The notes under the pieces were generated by a model that was not told where the DNA came from, did no database searches, and was given only the letters and a program-made list of their open reading frames with translations. Below are positions 25,384 to 39,038 of a stretch of 64,000 nucleotides of DNA, piece after piece. Position numbers and translations under genes: made by a program. The stretch is from Auanema rhodensis (Eukaryota; Animalia; Nematoda): assembly GCA_964057225.1 (NCBI GenBank), contig OZ059894.1, positions 13,640,001 through 13,704,000 on the forward strand, read 5' to 3'. Position 1 is the first letter of the stretch. Each line of letters starts with the position of its first letter.

Positions 25384-25665
25384 CTTGCCTTCAAAAAAAA
25401 AAAATTATTATAAAGAAATTATTATCAAAAACAGTGATCATAAATATCAAAAACAATGAGTTATAACTGAAATTATATATGCATTAATGATAATACATGC
25501 AAAAAGCATTTTTTGGGGGAAACAAAAAATATAAATGGGTTATACGTAGCACACGTATTCATTTTTATCCGAACGATAAAAACCGTTTTTTTTATTATAA
25601 TACTATATTTTCGGTGTATAATTTATTATTGCTTTGACATTTTAATTTTTTGTTTAATTTTAGTC
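25384..25665. promoter_or_regulatory. ~280 bp bidirectional promoter between SDA1 and NOP53
   Basis: Divergent ATGs at 25383 and 25666. Each is preceded by a trans-splice-like acceptor (TTTTGAAG at 25389 on -, TTTTAG at 25663 on +). Confidence 0.65.
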
Positions 25666-27395
25666 ATGGTTGAAAGTCATTCTGTCAAAAAACCAGCAGC
25701 AAAACGAGCTGTTAAGCATTCTAAAAAATATTGGCGCAAAGGTACTGATGTAGGAGAATTTGAAGAATCAATCCGTAAGTTTGTTATCGCCATTAAATCT
25801 CGTTTTCAAATCTACTAAATTTAAGATCAAATTGCTGCTCAGAAGAAAACCGTAGGAGTTGTATCCGAGCTAGCAGATTCTGATTTATTTAGTGTTGACA
25901 GAAATCCTTCAGAACCAGAGCTTAATAAAAAGTTCACAAGAAGGCAACAGGCTGCACTAGATAAAATTACTAAAAGTATTAGGTATTTCCATTTTATATT
26001 TGTACTTTATGCTCATGAATGTTTTTTTCAGTGATGCAGAACCAGTTACTTTGCCTGAGCCTAAATTTCCACAAAAGGCTTCTAGGCGTAAAAGGAAATC
26101 AGAGATTTCAAATGTAATAACTGTTGAGAAATCAAAGGCATTGAAAACATACGACCTTTGGGATACAGGTATATTCTGCTGAAATCATAGTTTTCAAAGA
26201 TATATTCAGATTTCACCCCCACTGTTAAATTGAGTGATAAAAAAGCCGGAGACCACTATTTGAATTACACGAAGAAGAAAGTTCCTAATGCTCCTGTTAC
26301 ACTTAAAAAGAAAAAATCTCTTCTTAAAGCTGTTACTATTCCTGATGCTGGAGCATCATATAATCCAACTGCAGAAGATTATGAGGTTTATAATATTATT
26401 AGAATCAGTTCAAATTTGCATATATTTAAGAGATATGTCTCTGAAATAGCTAAAGATGAAGAAAAAGTAATCAAAGAAGAAGAAAAAATAATCAGAGGTA
26501 CCAAACCACAATCTGAATCTTTTGTTACATATGTGAGTTGTCAATATGTTTGCTTCTTAAAACCTATTCGTAGAAAGAACGTGAACTGGAACATGCAGAA
26601 GGCTTACCAATTCACCCCAATTATGAGTCAGATGAAGATGTAGATGAGACTTCCGCAACCGAGGAACAAGAAGAAAAAAATGCAGGTTAGATAAAAACAT
26701 AAATATTTACGTTTTAATCCGAACGCTTTAGATGAAGATGTTGTTCTTAACAAACCGAAAACCAAAAAACAACGTGAAACTATTAAACGTATTCAAAAGG
26801 AAGAAAGAATTCGTCTCCAGAAAAAGTCTGCTGAAAAGCACCAGCATGATATCTTCAAGTTTTAAATTTTATTTTTATCTTGACACATTTGGAATTTTCA
26901 GAACTAAGAAAATATTGAAAGAAATTGAAGAAGAAGATAAAGAAAAGGACAAGCTTAATTTAGAAAAAACTAGGAAGAAGTTACTCAGAAAGGTTAGATT
27001 AGAACATTTTTTGTTTTAACTGATATGCCTCTTTAGTACACAGAGCGGCAAAAATTAGGCAGAGGAAAGTTTGAAGATGAAGAAGCTCCATTCTTGCTAC
27101 AAGTTGGTAAATTGAACTGTGGACTTTACTAATTTAACATTTTTGAGGAGGAATTACCAGATAGTTTGCGAAAACTTAAACCTCAAGGAAATGTTTTAAC
27201 TGACAGAATGAAGAGCATGCAAAAAAGAAATCTTTTACCTATTGGTGGCCCACGTAATAAGCGTAAGCTGAAGAAATCATTAAAGGTATAATATTTTTCG
27301 TTTGAATAATTTTGCTATGATAATTATATTTGCAGGTTAAAGTAGTTGAAAGTCGTGCAGCTAAGGAAATTAAAAAGGGAACTAAACTTATCTAA
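25666..27395 (+). CDS. nop53: NOP53/GLTSCR2/PICT1 60S biogenesis factor and exosome adaptor, multi-exon
   Basis: N-terminal KHSKKYWRKGTDV, Mtr4 arch-interacting motif LFSVD, GASYNPTAEDY, and C-terminal EELPDSLRKLKPQGNVLTDRMKSMQKRNLL. Confidence 0.9.
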
Positions 27396-30300
27396 CTTTG
27401 CATCATTACCAACAGAAAATTGTTCATTGTTAATTGTTAATTGTTCAAAAGTTTTTGATGTCTTTTATGTTTACTGTTCTGCCCATGTTTGTTGTTTTTG
27501 TGGCCCTTTGTTGTTCAATAAATTTTAATTTTTTCAAATTTTACTTATTATTATTACATTAAATGAATATATTCTTCTTTAATGTTATTCTTAAGTACAG
27601 CTAAGAATAGTTATTTAAGATAAATGAATACATATATCGTAGGTAGTGATGTTGCATTTCAAAATCGTTTTAACATTAAATCTTTTATTCGATATTTTAA
27701 TCTTTTGTAATTTTGTTTTTTTTCCCGGAAGTATATGTCGACATCTCTTGTCGCCTTCCGTTCCTAAATGCTTCAAAGATTCGAAGCGTCTGAGCGCTTT
27801 AAAACTCAAGAGATGGAGAAACGATTTCAAACAGGAGCATAGTGAATTCCCAGAGCAAAACATCCGAAACTAGTCTAAACCACGTGGTAATCTCGTCTGA
27901 GAATACGAATATGAAGTGTAAGCTGAAAAAATTTGCTGTATGGAACATTTTCTTCTCAAGTTCACTCATTTAACCTTTAAGCCGTAACACACTTGAAAAA
28001 AGTCATATTTTATGGGATATTATGGCAACTCCCTTGTTTTGGCTTCTTTGAACTAACCACATTTCTCTAGTCAAATGTACTAATGAAACATATTTTCCAT
28101 TAATCACATACAAATTTTACAGCTCCATTAAACATGTATCTTATAAAATTTAAATTAAAAAAGGTCTTAAATTCAGAGTATTTAGCTTTCTCTCATTTTT
28201 TTACCTGCGTCTTCGCTAATGAGCATTCATATGTTAATTTCCGTTCAACGGAAAATGATGTCTATTTTTAATGCTGATGGCGTAACACGCGGTTGTTTTT
28301 TCGTTTCTGCTATCTAATATTCGAACATACTTTATCTTTCTTTTTTTCCAGAAAAGTCTACACATATGAATGTAGAAGATAGTGTTTTTGTGTTGTTCTG
28401 TTATGATCCAATGAACTTAACAAAGCTGAATACTGCGAAGGCCGTGATTTATATGTGAGAAGCAAAATGTTCATGAAAATTTTGAAAAGAGTTTTTGAAA
28501 ACGTCAAAAGAATATTACACTTCAGCTTACGTTATAAACCATAATTCTCATAACTGAGAAAAAAGATGAAAAAACAACAGGTTATGTGAATAATGTTTAA
28601 AATTCTGGTAAACATGAAATTGGTTTGCTGTGCAATTTCTAAAGAAATTGTATTTCTTTTTCCAATTTTCGAATTTGTACGTTGTCTGAACTGATTAGGT
28701 CTAGCTCTCCAAGTTTTCAATTCAGCTATGCATGTCTCTTTGGAAAATTGACTCAATTCTTGTTTATCCTTTAAAAACATTTGTCATTTAACATTTGTAT
28801 TATTAATTCATGAAGCTGAAATTAGTCAGGCAGGAAGATGACGATGTTTTGATACAGCTCAAAGATACCTTTTTTTAATCTCAAACATGTCATTCATGTC
28901 AGTTATGCTCATTAACTTCTTTCAAAACTCCATTCCTAAACTACTTCCCATAGGCGTGGACCCCTTTCAATAGACAGCTAGAAGTCTCTCGAATTATAAA
29001 AGTAAAAAGAGTGAAATTGGTGTCAAAGGATGAAGTATATAACTTATTTCCTCAATTTTTTGTCAGTTACAGAACTTCAAACATGCGTTTCAAAGCATTG
29101 CTTTGTACATGTGTCGGTTAATTCGCTTGCTGGTCAAGCTAAATGACGTGAGACCGAATGAAACAACGTTTTTTCCGAAACCTCTTTAGAAATATCTAGG
29201 TTTAATAAAGTTGGCTAATATTTTCTCAGTGGGAATGTAACAACTTCATCGTTCAAGTATATTATGGTAAAGGTTTGTTTATGACCAATTCATTCAGCCC
29301 CAATAAGACGTTCTTCCTTTTTTTTTTCAAAATTGTTCCATCGTCGATAAAAACCTCAGTCGTATTAGATTTTTAAAGCTTTATGAGAAAATCATGGGTG
29401 GATTAGCTTTACTTCAGCATCTCATTCTTTGATGTCAGTTAGCTTCTACTGCACTTTGAACGAACAACTAACTTTTTTAAAAACCTAAATCTTGGAAAAA
29501 GGATGTTGTTGAATAAACAGTTAAATGATATTTTTCATCTCTTTTCTTGTGTTTTTCAACTGTTTTTCATGATTAGAAAAGATAGTACAACTGGAAAGAA
29601 AGTATTACTGTCCTCATCGAAACATCTTTCCTTTTTATTTCTTTTATGTCTTTTTAAGCCTTCAGAATTACTATAATAGCTGTATACTGCTACATTTCGA
29701 CAACAAATTAATTTTTCTTTGAAATATTTCATTTGGTTAACTTTATTTTCATAAATTACTTTACCTATTTGATTTCACATGCTAACTAATGAAATCTATA
29801 TCAAATTTTTGGCGAAGATTTTTAAAAATATTTTATTGTTTAAAACAAAAGATGTTTCTATTTTTATATCAATTTTTGAATACTTTTCACTTAGAGTTCT
29901 ATAGTGTTAGTTCATGTTTCTAACATATGTAATAGACTTATGAATGGCAGAACGTTTTTGCAAATATCTCTTGGAAAGAACATAAACTCTCTATGTGAAC
30001 TGAGAGTTCGCCTAGAAATCCGGCGACATTCCATGTCCGTTCCTTGTTTCTGATCCCTTAGCTCTCATCTGGCCGATGGTTATAGTAGTTGTGGACGTAA
30101 GGTTCTCATACTTTTTCTTCTTTGTTCAACTACTTATTTCCGCAGGGGTATAATCTATTGTTTGATTTTTTTCAAATTATTTTGAATATTATATTTCTCT
30201 TGGAAAATTTAAAAAAAATTAGTCAAAAACTCATGAAATTCGACTCTATCATCTCAATATCAAATTTTATTAAACGCTTTTTAATAAATTTTCTTTCTGG

Positions 30301-33300
30301 TTCAAATATTGAAGAGTGGTTGTAGTTTTCGAACTTACTTACTACTAAATTGGGTCTGCAAAAAGTTGCTGCAAAATTTTATTTCTGTTTAATAGACTAA
30401 TTTTATATTTTACAATTTATTTATCACATAATGCTATTGCTCTTTTCTTTAGGTATGATTTACTTTGACTTGTTTCTAGAAAGTGTTCGTTATTTATCAT
30501 CTCTATATGTTTTCCTTCTTGCTCCTTCTTTAGCAACTTTTCGATTTCTTTCTGAGAAATTTTGCCATAATCGACGCGCTAAACATTCTCTTGGGGCATC
30601 ATTTCATAGGAAAGGAAAAGCTTTTTTCCTTTTGGTCATTCTCAGTTTTTTCGTTGCTAAAGCTTTAAATCATTTGTCATGTTCATGTCAGATTTATCGT
30701 CAATCAATTTTTATTTTGAAAACTGATGTATCAAACAAGCAAGAAAGATATATAAGCTATCAATTTAATTTTCCAAACCTTAGCGTATTTCGTGGCTATT
30801 TTGGCACATTAGTAGCATTAAGGTCAGGTTATTATTAATGAAAAACACAAGGAATTTTAATAAAAAAAGAAACAATTTGAAGAACATGATTATAACAATT
30901 TTGTAATTTTTATTATTTTGTGTCTCATTTTTCTTAAAAAATCAACAAATTAAAAACTTGATTCTGTTTGTGTTTTTTCTATTGTTAGTCTATATAATCT
31001 TTTTCTTTTTCTTTTTTTTTCAAAGTTTCTGATAGATAATTGAATTGGTCAAATTATTTCTCAAAAAATTAAAAATGTTAACTATCAATTTGAAATTGAA
31101 ATTTTGAAGAAAAGTTGCAAACGAAACCTGTAATTTGGATATATTTAGCATAGATTGGGAGCACTAGCATTTATAATATGTATATCAAGTTACGTCTCAT
31201 GTAAGAACAGTAATATTCGAATGACAGCTTGAACTAGTCTTACCCTTGGGGACTAGAAGCCTGTTTTGGTATTGTCTACCACTGATAATGCTCTAGCAGC
31301 GTCATCGTTTTCTGTCAACCTTATCCAGTTCCCCACACATATATGCTCCCTGGATTTTTTCATTCATATGTATGTAAATGTGAATGTATATATAAACTGT
31401 TTCAACAAAATGATCTGAATCTACACTTTGTTCTAAGCTAAAATGACGTTGATGATCATCTTGATAATTCTTTTTTCATAAGAGAAAAACAACAACAATT
31501 GAAATAAGGCTTCAAGATCGGAGAACAATGCTTCCTTTTCAAACTTTGTTTCAAAGCCATCTATCATTTTTCTATAGTAAATATTCAAACAAATCGCTTA
31601 TTTCCCTATTATAAACCATTTTTATTATGAGTAGATGTTAGGGCTTTCTTATTACTGAGAAATATTTAGATTGAATATTGCCGTACTTTTCTGTATAATC
31701 CTTTTATTTGTAAATTTTACTAGAAATTCATGTTCAATCACCCCTATCTGTCCCTCTTCTCCTATTTCTCTACTTCTCTTCTTATTTTTCTATCTCCCTT
31801 TTCTTTCTCCATCGTTTGTTCGTTTTCATTTGACACATCCCAAACCCCGGCTTACTTTTTCCATCTTACTCCAACCTTCATCACAATTTACATATGCTAC
31901 TCTGTTCAATATAGAGAACGAAAAAGAGATAACGTCTCCAGGGCTTGAATCGTTTTTCCTTTCGTTGCCTCTAACTTGCTCTTGATTTAACGATGTAATG
32001 CACTTTAGTTCGATAGCTGTCACATCATAAAGTTTTTAGATTTCCCATCTAAAACATTGATTCTGAATATACTTATTAATTTGACTCATATATTCATTAT
32101 AAAGTATTTATTTTTGTGTTTAATTGTCATTAATAATTTTTCTTGCTTCAAAAGTTTATGTATTTATTTGGAACGAAGTATTTACTCAACTTTCTTATTA
32201 AACTCAAAAAGTATCTCCCTATCCACAAATTTTTGAATGTATCATATCTTCTTTTAAAATTTTGAGTGGAAAATTTTGGTGAAACTTGAGAAGCACCCGG
32301 TGCACGCGTTCAACCTGATAAAATATTGTTTTTAAAAATATTTAAACATTGAAAAACAGGCTTTAGTTCAAGAACTTTTTTTTTTTCAAATTAATATAAA
32401 TTTTTTTTTTCAAACAGTTTCTTTGTTTGATTCAAGATATTATAATAAGCAGGTATAGAATTTGTGAAAAGTTAATATTCGCAATCTTGAAGTAAAGAAA
32501 TGAGAGAGATTTCATATTCTATTTCTATACAAAGCTGTAACACTTAATTTATATTAGTTAATACATATAATATATGAAAAAAAAATTATATTTATCATAC
32601 CTTTGCCATCGTTTTCTAATGTATGCTCATATACATTCAGAGGTTTCTACTAACTATAGTGCTGAATATACATATAATTAGTGACATTATATATAAAACT
32701 ATGTAGATATACCTAACTATATATAATATAGTTTTCTAAAAATATTCTTTTTTTTTTCTTAAATTTTCTTGACTCATTTATAATATTTCTGTTTTCTTCT
32801 AAACTAAAGCATATGTAGTTGTTACTAATCTCAATTGTTCAGCAACAATTTGTCTCAAATTATCCTTCTTTCGAGCAATATGTTTTTTTTTCGCAATTTC
32901 TCTTATTATTTGCTGTTTTGCTAGACTGTTTCTGAGCTTTAATTCTATAATTGAAAACCTTAAATTTTGATCATTTTCTTATGAGTTGTTTTTCAATATA
33001 ATTGTAACTAAACCATCTGTAAACGTGAAATAGAAAAGATTGAACAACACAAGAACTATTAGGTAAACTCAATAAATGCTATTAGAGTTTGTTTTGGCAA
33101 ATTTTGAATCTGAAGTTTTCTAAATTCCTCCTCAAAAACAATTAGGTATCTCCTTGAATTTTTAAAGTGCATTGATCCATCAATATATTAAATAATTGAA
33201 AAAACAGTTAATTTTTTTTTTTTAATATATTTTATTAATTATTTAATTGAATATAAATATTATTTTATAAATTAAAATTAAAATTAACATATATTTATTG

Positions 33301-34721
33301 ATTATATAAATATTATGAAAGAGTTTCAAAAAATCTAATGTTTCGTTCTTTAAACCACTTCTATTTCAAACTTTTTTTTTCTCCAAAGAAGTAGCCAAAT
33401 ACTCATCCATATCCTCTATAGGACGAAAAATCATCGTTTCATATTCAGTAAACAGATTGAAAAATATATATGTATAAACTTCCATTTTAATCTAACTTTT
33501 GAAGCTTTAACACGAGAAGATTCATGATCAAGCCCTTCATTTTTTAAACGGTCCAGGCGTTTACTGTTCGATGAAACACATTTAGCGAATGATACAGGGA
33601 TAAGAATAAGAGGAATATATGAAAAAGGTTTAAGATAGGAAGGAAATAAGAGCATTGAGTGATCGATCATCATAGAGCAACCATCACGGAAACAGCAGGA
33701 ACGATCATTCTGACATTCTGCTCCGCTACCTACTTAGGCTGCTTACGTCCACTTATGCTGAATAGTCGTAAGAGTATTAAGCTTAAAGCTTCAATCTCAG
33801 TCTGTGCCAGGTTGCTTCTTGCTCCAATCACAGATATGTAAAGACATAGAAACTTGTAGATGTTTTTCTAGAATCTTCATTCATAATTTGAATCGGCACA
33901 ACATATAAAGTGTGAAACTGACTAAAAGAGAAAGCAAAAAAATATTTTTGACACTCTCTATAAGCTCTTTGAGCTATGATTTCTTCTTAAGGACATCTTT
34001 AACAAAAAAAAATACAGTTTTGCAATGTTATAAAATGAAAATTTGAAAGCTTCTATGCTATTTATTGTTATTTCTTTCGTTTTGTTTTCTCAATTACATA
34101 CATACATATATACATATGCTTAATAAATACGAAGCTCATCTGTAAGGCTAATTTTCTTTGAAAATGATGAGCAAAAACATTGATCCGAAAAATAACTGAG
34201 AAAATTTTTTTTCATATCATATTTCATGAGTTCGGTAATTTCCTTATATTGTTATGAATATAATAAACATATTTCAATGTTTCTTTTTTTTTCTGTTTTC
34301 ATTTTTTTGGTAAAAAAATAGAAAAAAAAAGAGAAAATAGAATGAGATGGTAAGATATTCCGTGAAACCTATTTGACGAGATGATGACTAGTTTCATCCA
34401 CATCTGCTACTCAATTTATTTTTACTACAAATTTCTCTAAAAGTAGATAAACAATATAAAAACTAGTTAAATTACTCTAAACTCTTCTTCTTCTTTTTTT
34501 CATATGATATTTTTCTATTAATTCTGGTTATATATATATATATATATTATGCTTTGTTATACTTTTAACTACTTCTTCATTTTTTTCTGTTGTTGTGTTG
34601 TTGTTAAAAAAAAATTATTGTACTGAAAGTATCACAATATATCACAAGTTGTAGTACTTTACTATGAAAAACCATCAGTTCATCTTCTTTCTATTCCATC
34701 ATTTTTCTTTCTTTCTATCTA

Positions 34722-34739
34722 ATGATGATGATGAGGATG

Positions 34740-34771
<32 letters not shown>

Positions 34772-34779
34772 GACGATGA
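34722..34779. repeat. Imperfect (GAT)n microsatellite, non-coding
   Basis: GAT trinucleotide run directly visible. Confidence 0.9.
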
Positions 34780-36524
34780 GCAACATTTAACAACGACATT
34801 AAAATTGGGTGAGAAACAAGCATCTTCATCTGAAACCTCTAATCATCTCCCATTTTCAGAACGGCTTAAATACACGACATAGTCACTATTACGTGTCGTA
34901 TTTGTTTCAAACACAACTTAACATTCCTGTTTTCTTTCCTATCTATTTCACAAAACAATATAAACATTACTAATACAATTATAGCTAACAATGACACAAT
35001 ACCTGTGTAATGATGCCTAGGACTTTCACAAAGATTTTATGTGTTTTTAGTTAATATTTTTTTTCAATTCGTTGCTATTTCATTGAATATGAAAATCTTT
35101 TCAAATCTATGTAACTTTCGTTTTCATGTCAGCCGTTTAGGAAGACGACCCTTAGCTTTAATTCCCAAAGGTATTCTTTTAGTTAAATGCCATTTTATCC
35201 ACTCTCATGCTCTATACTTTCACTCCTTTTTTGCTCATCATTCACATCTCTATTTCGTTTTTTTCTCAATCTTTTCTCTTTTACTCTCTCTCTACTTTAC
35301 TAACTCTCTAACGTAATCATGTCTCACCCCCTTCATCACCCCTATTTTCTATCTTATATATCTGTCCTCAGCAGTCGTTACGAACATTCTACTAAAGAGC
35401 ACATTGTATGGTGTTTCTACCCTAATATTTTCTTAATTATACTATATCATTCGTTTTGTTTAACTTGGTTGCCTTTCCAGCCGTTAGAGAAAACTCTTTT
35501 CTCTCTAAATCCTTTGTACATAATTCTGAACTATTCTTTGTTACCATTTTTTTTAAATTGCCGACCACATACGATCGTTTTTATTAGAAAAAAATCTTTT
35601 AAATTAGTCATAAACTTAAATTTTCATTTACTTTACGCTAAGCATTTTCGTTTGCCATCAATATGATATTCCAAAGCTCAATGGTCAGTTCACGGCAGTT
35701 ATCTCAAACTCTCACGATCGAGCCGACTGACAAGAGCCTAAGGGGATGTGAATTCAGATTGAAATCCTTCGTTCTTTCTCAGATCTTCTTGAACGACTTC
35801 TTTTGTCCATTCAGACCAGGTTGGAATAGCGAAAGTCCTTATACGTTGCATGTTGTTGGACCATCTCGATACATAGCAACAGCGTTTGGGAATACATTTA
35901 AGTTCCTCAAGTAATTATCTTCTTTTTCCTGAAACCGAATTTCTTAAACAGAAAGAAAGAAATCATTTTTGTGATTCTTTAAAGTTCAGGACCGATATCT
36001 CAGAAACACTTCAAAACTAACTAAAGATAATTTGGATGTTGTTATACGGGATATACATATTAGGTCATATTGAGCATTTTCAATAGAGAAAATTCACAAT
36101 TTATTCTTCAATAAACGTCTTATTCTCATATTTATTCATGTATTTTTACAATTTCGTTTTTGGGAGATGTCTAACCAAATGTTTCTCTCCTGTTGTCAGC
36201 CGTTTTTTCATAATTCAACCTGAAAAGCTTTTTACTATTCTCAACATTAACCGTGTTGTGTTGCGTTTGTTGCCAACATTATTGGACACGGACACAAACA
36301 CAAACTGAAGAATTTGATTTTGTTTCCGTGGTAATCAGCATGAAGATTTGAGAGATAGAGATAGAAAAAGGGGAAGATAGAGAGAGAGAGAAAAAGAGAG
36401 ACAAAAATGCAGACAATTTTCATCGTTTTCTGCTTCTTATTCATCCGTGTCTTCAGTGAACCACTTCCATGCTCTTTTCTCTAGAACTCAAAAGTAATGG
36501 TGAGAGGGGAATGGGGCAGTGGTT

Positions 36525-36556
36525 ATGATGATGATGATGATCATCATCATCATCAT
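36525..36556. repeat. Perfect 32-bp palindrome made of (ATG)n followed by (CAT)n
   Basis: ATGATGATGATGATGA followed by TCATCATCATCATCAT. Confidence 0.95.
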
Positions 36557-38991
36557 TATTATGTTGTTGGTGAGTAAGAAAACTTATGTGATGACCACGG
36601 CATTGCAACGAAGCAGCTACTTGAAGTCTGCTGCACCCTTTGTTAGGTTAAAACTCATCCGTCGGTTGTCGACTCACAATCCTACAAGATATCTGAATTA
36701 CACTTCGGAAGCTTCAGAGATTCTTTTTAGATTCTTAAAATTGGAGAGGGACACTTATCCAATAATTCCGACGGCTAACCACTTTTCAGAAATTTGTAAT
36801 ATCCCCCCATTTCGTCATACACTGTTCCATTTGATCTCGTCGTATCCTAATATGCACATAAGTTTTTCCGTTTTCAAACCCAGTTGTTGTTATAAGATGA
36901 CTGTATTTTTGAAATTTTCATACATTAAACAGACCATTTAAGTAATATTATAAAGAAAGTTTCAAGTTTATTTCAGCATAACTCATTGTTTTCAGCATTA
37001 TCTTAACAATAAACTTATGAATGCACTTCATCATAGACATATTGTTGTAAGAAAAGTTCGCTTTGTGGAGAAAATATTGAAATACATATGCACGTTTTTT
37101 AATTTTCAACTAACTTCTCTCGAAATTCTTGGAGGTAAATCTTGAAAAATATCAGTCATTTGTTTTCTTTCCGTTTTTCTTTGTAGTTTTGAACTAATTC
37201 TGCACGTGAATTTCATATATTATTTTTCAAAAAGTGATATGTGGTTTGATCAAGATGATTTGTGCTTTATTTATACTTCCAATTACTTTGAATAACTTCA
37301 ATTTCTTGAAGTTTCAGTTATTTTTTGAAAATCTTCTCAATATCAATATGAACTTCTAGTTTTCAAAAACGTTTCTTCATCATCACAAGCTTCGAGCATC
37401 TTTTGCACAATCTGTGCAGCTCATTCAACTCATTTCTCCCTGAACACTTTTTTCATTAAAAATGTTTAAAAGTTTTCGTTAAAATTTACGAACATTAGAA
37501 TAAATGTAGTATATTGCCCATTTAAAAGAGGACCAAGTTCAAGTTTAATGGAAGAATGAGAAATAGACACAAATTAGTTCTGTTTGTTCAAATATTTCAT
37601 TGGAGAGAGTATGTGAATATCTTCCGGATTCTCTTTCATTTTTATGTTTTTTTCTTCACACCCTTTTCAAATTTTTATTCTGACAACCCGGCTTTTTTCA
37701 ATATTTCTATGTTTTTTTTTAAAACTCAAAATCATCAATCAGATTTGTCACAATTTCATTCATCTGAATCTCTTCAATATTCAGTATTTCCTAATAAAAC
37801 CATGATGCAAACAGAATTATTATTACATAATTATCCAATCATCTTCGTATATCTAAACATATTTTATAAAAATTGAATTGAATTAAATTCTTTTTTCTCT
37901 TTAAAATCATTTTATTTAGGTTATCGGAATTAACAAGAGCAAGACATTCTTCTTTTGAGAAATAAGAAGAGAAATTTTATTTCTTGTTTCTTGTTAAAAT
38001 AGTGGAAAATCTATGATAGTCAGCTGTCGTTCCTATCTGGACCTCCCTCCCCCTTTTCATTCTTTTTCTTTCCTCTACATAGTCGGTTCTCTCTCAAATC
38101 TTGATTGTATTTTTCAAAAAATTTGCTTTTGCTCCTCACTGATCAGATACAATCAGTACCGAGGAGTCTAGGAGGTGCCTCCTCCTCTCGACTCTCTTTA
38201 TCCTTTCTTTAGATTTTCATTTATTTATCTGCTCTGATAACATGTGTCGATAAGTTGTTAGTCAGATTAGCTTCCTTTATATCTACTAATATTCTTGAAC
38301 TTTAATATATTAATTAAATTTCCATAATATTTCCAGTTAAATATTTGTTTTAAGCATCTATTCATTTAGTTAGCAATGTTTCTTTGTTATATCATATATC
38401 TCACTCAACTATTAAAAAGAAGAAATATTACATCTCAATGACTTAAAGATACAAAGATCTTTTTTTGCATATCTTTCTAATAATTATCCTATCTTGATGC
38501 GAAAGTTTGGATAACTATTCTTCGATATATGTTTCCTACTATAATCATTTTGATTTTTATTCATTTTTTAAAAATATTTTCGGGATTTTTTTGAACCTTT
38601 TATGCAAAATTATAATAGAAAAGATTAGCATGTCTAAGTTAAGTTTGTGTCGCCCTTTCCTAGAATTTTCAAACTTATTATTATTGTAATTCTGTGGATG
38701 CCCACTGGCGAATACTTTATCCGTGAGAATTGTTGGATTTTTGACCCTACTAAGATCAGAAATATTCAACAGAGCATCCAAAGTGTAGCTATGATTTTCG
38801 AGCTTCATAAGTGAAAGAATAGAAAAAGCTTGGAAAATTAAAAAGTACTAGGGTAAGTTGAGGATAGAGATAGAGAGATGAAACAGGAAATTGCTTAGAA
38901 AGAGTAAAATGACATGAGGTGTAGAAAGAGAAGCAAATTGGGAAAGTTAGAACGATCATGAGAAAGTTAGTTGTAGTTGTACTACTGCTTT

Positions 38992-39038
38992 TACTACTAT
39001 TACTACTACTACTACTACTACTACCAGTAATAGTAGTA
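38992..39038. repeat. (CTA)n microsatellite with fold-back inverted arms
   Basis: TACTACTATTACT (38992-39004) and its exact reverse complement AGTAATAGTAGTA (39026-39038) flank a CTA run. Confidence 0.85.

Noticed and set aside
34664-34882. ORF with a poly-aspartate tract
   Set aside because: Explained by a (GAT)n microsatellite; no splice context or homology.
36519-36941. 140-aa ORF starting with poly-Met/poly-Ile
   Set aside because: The start is produced by the inverted (ATG)/(CAT) microsatellite; the remainder has no protein-like features.
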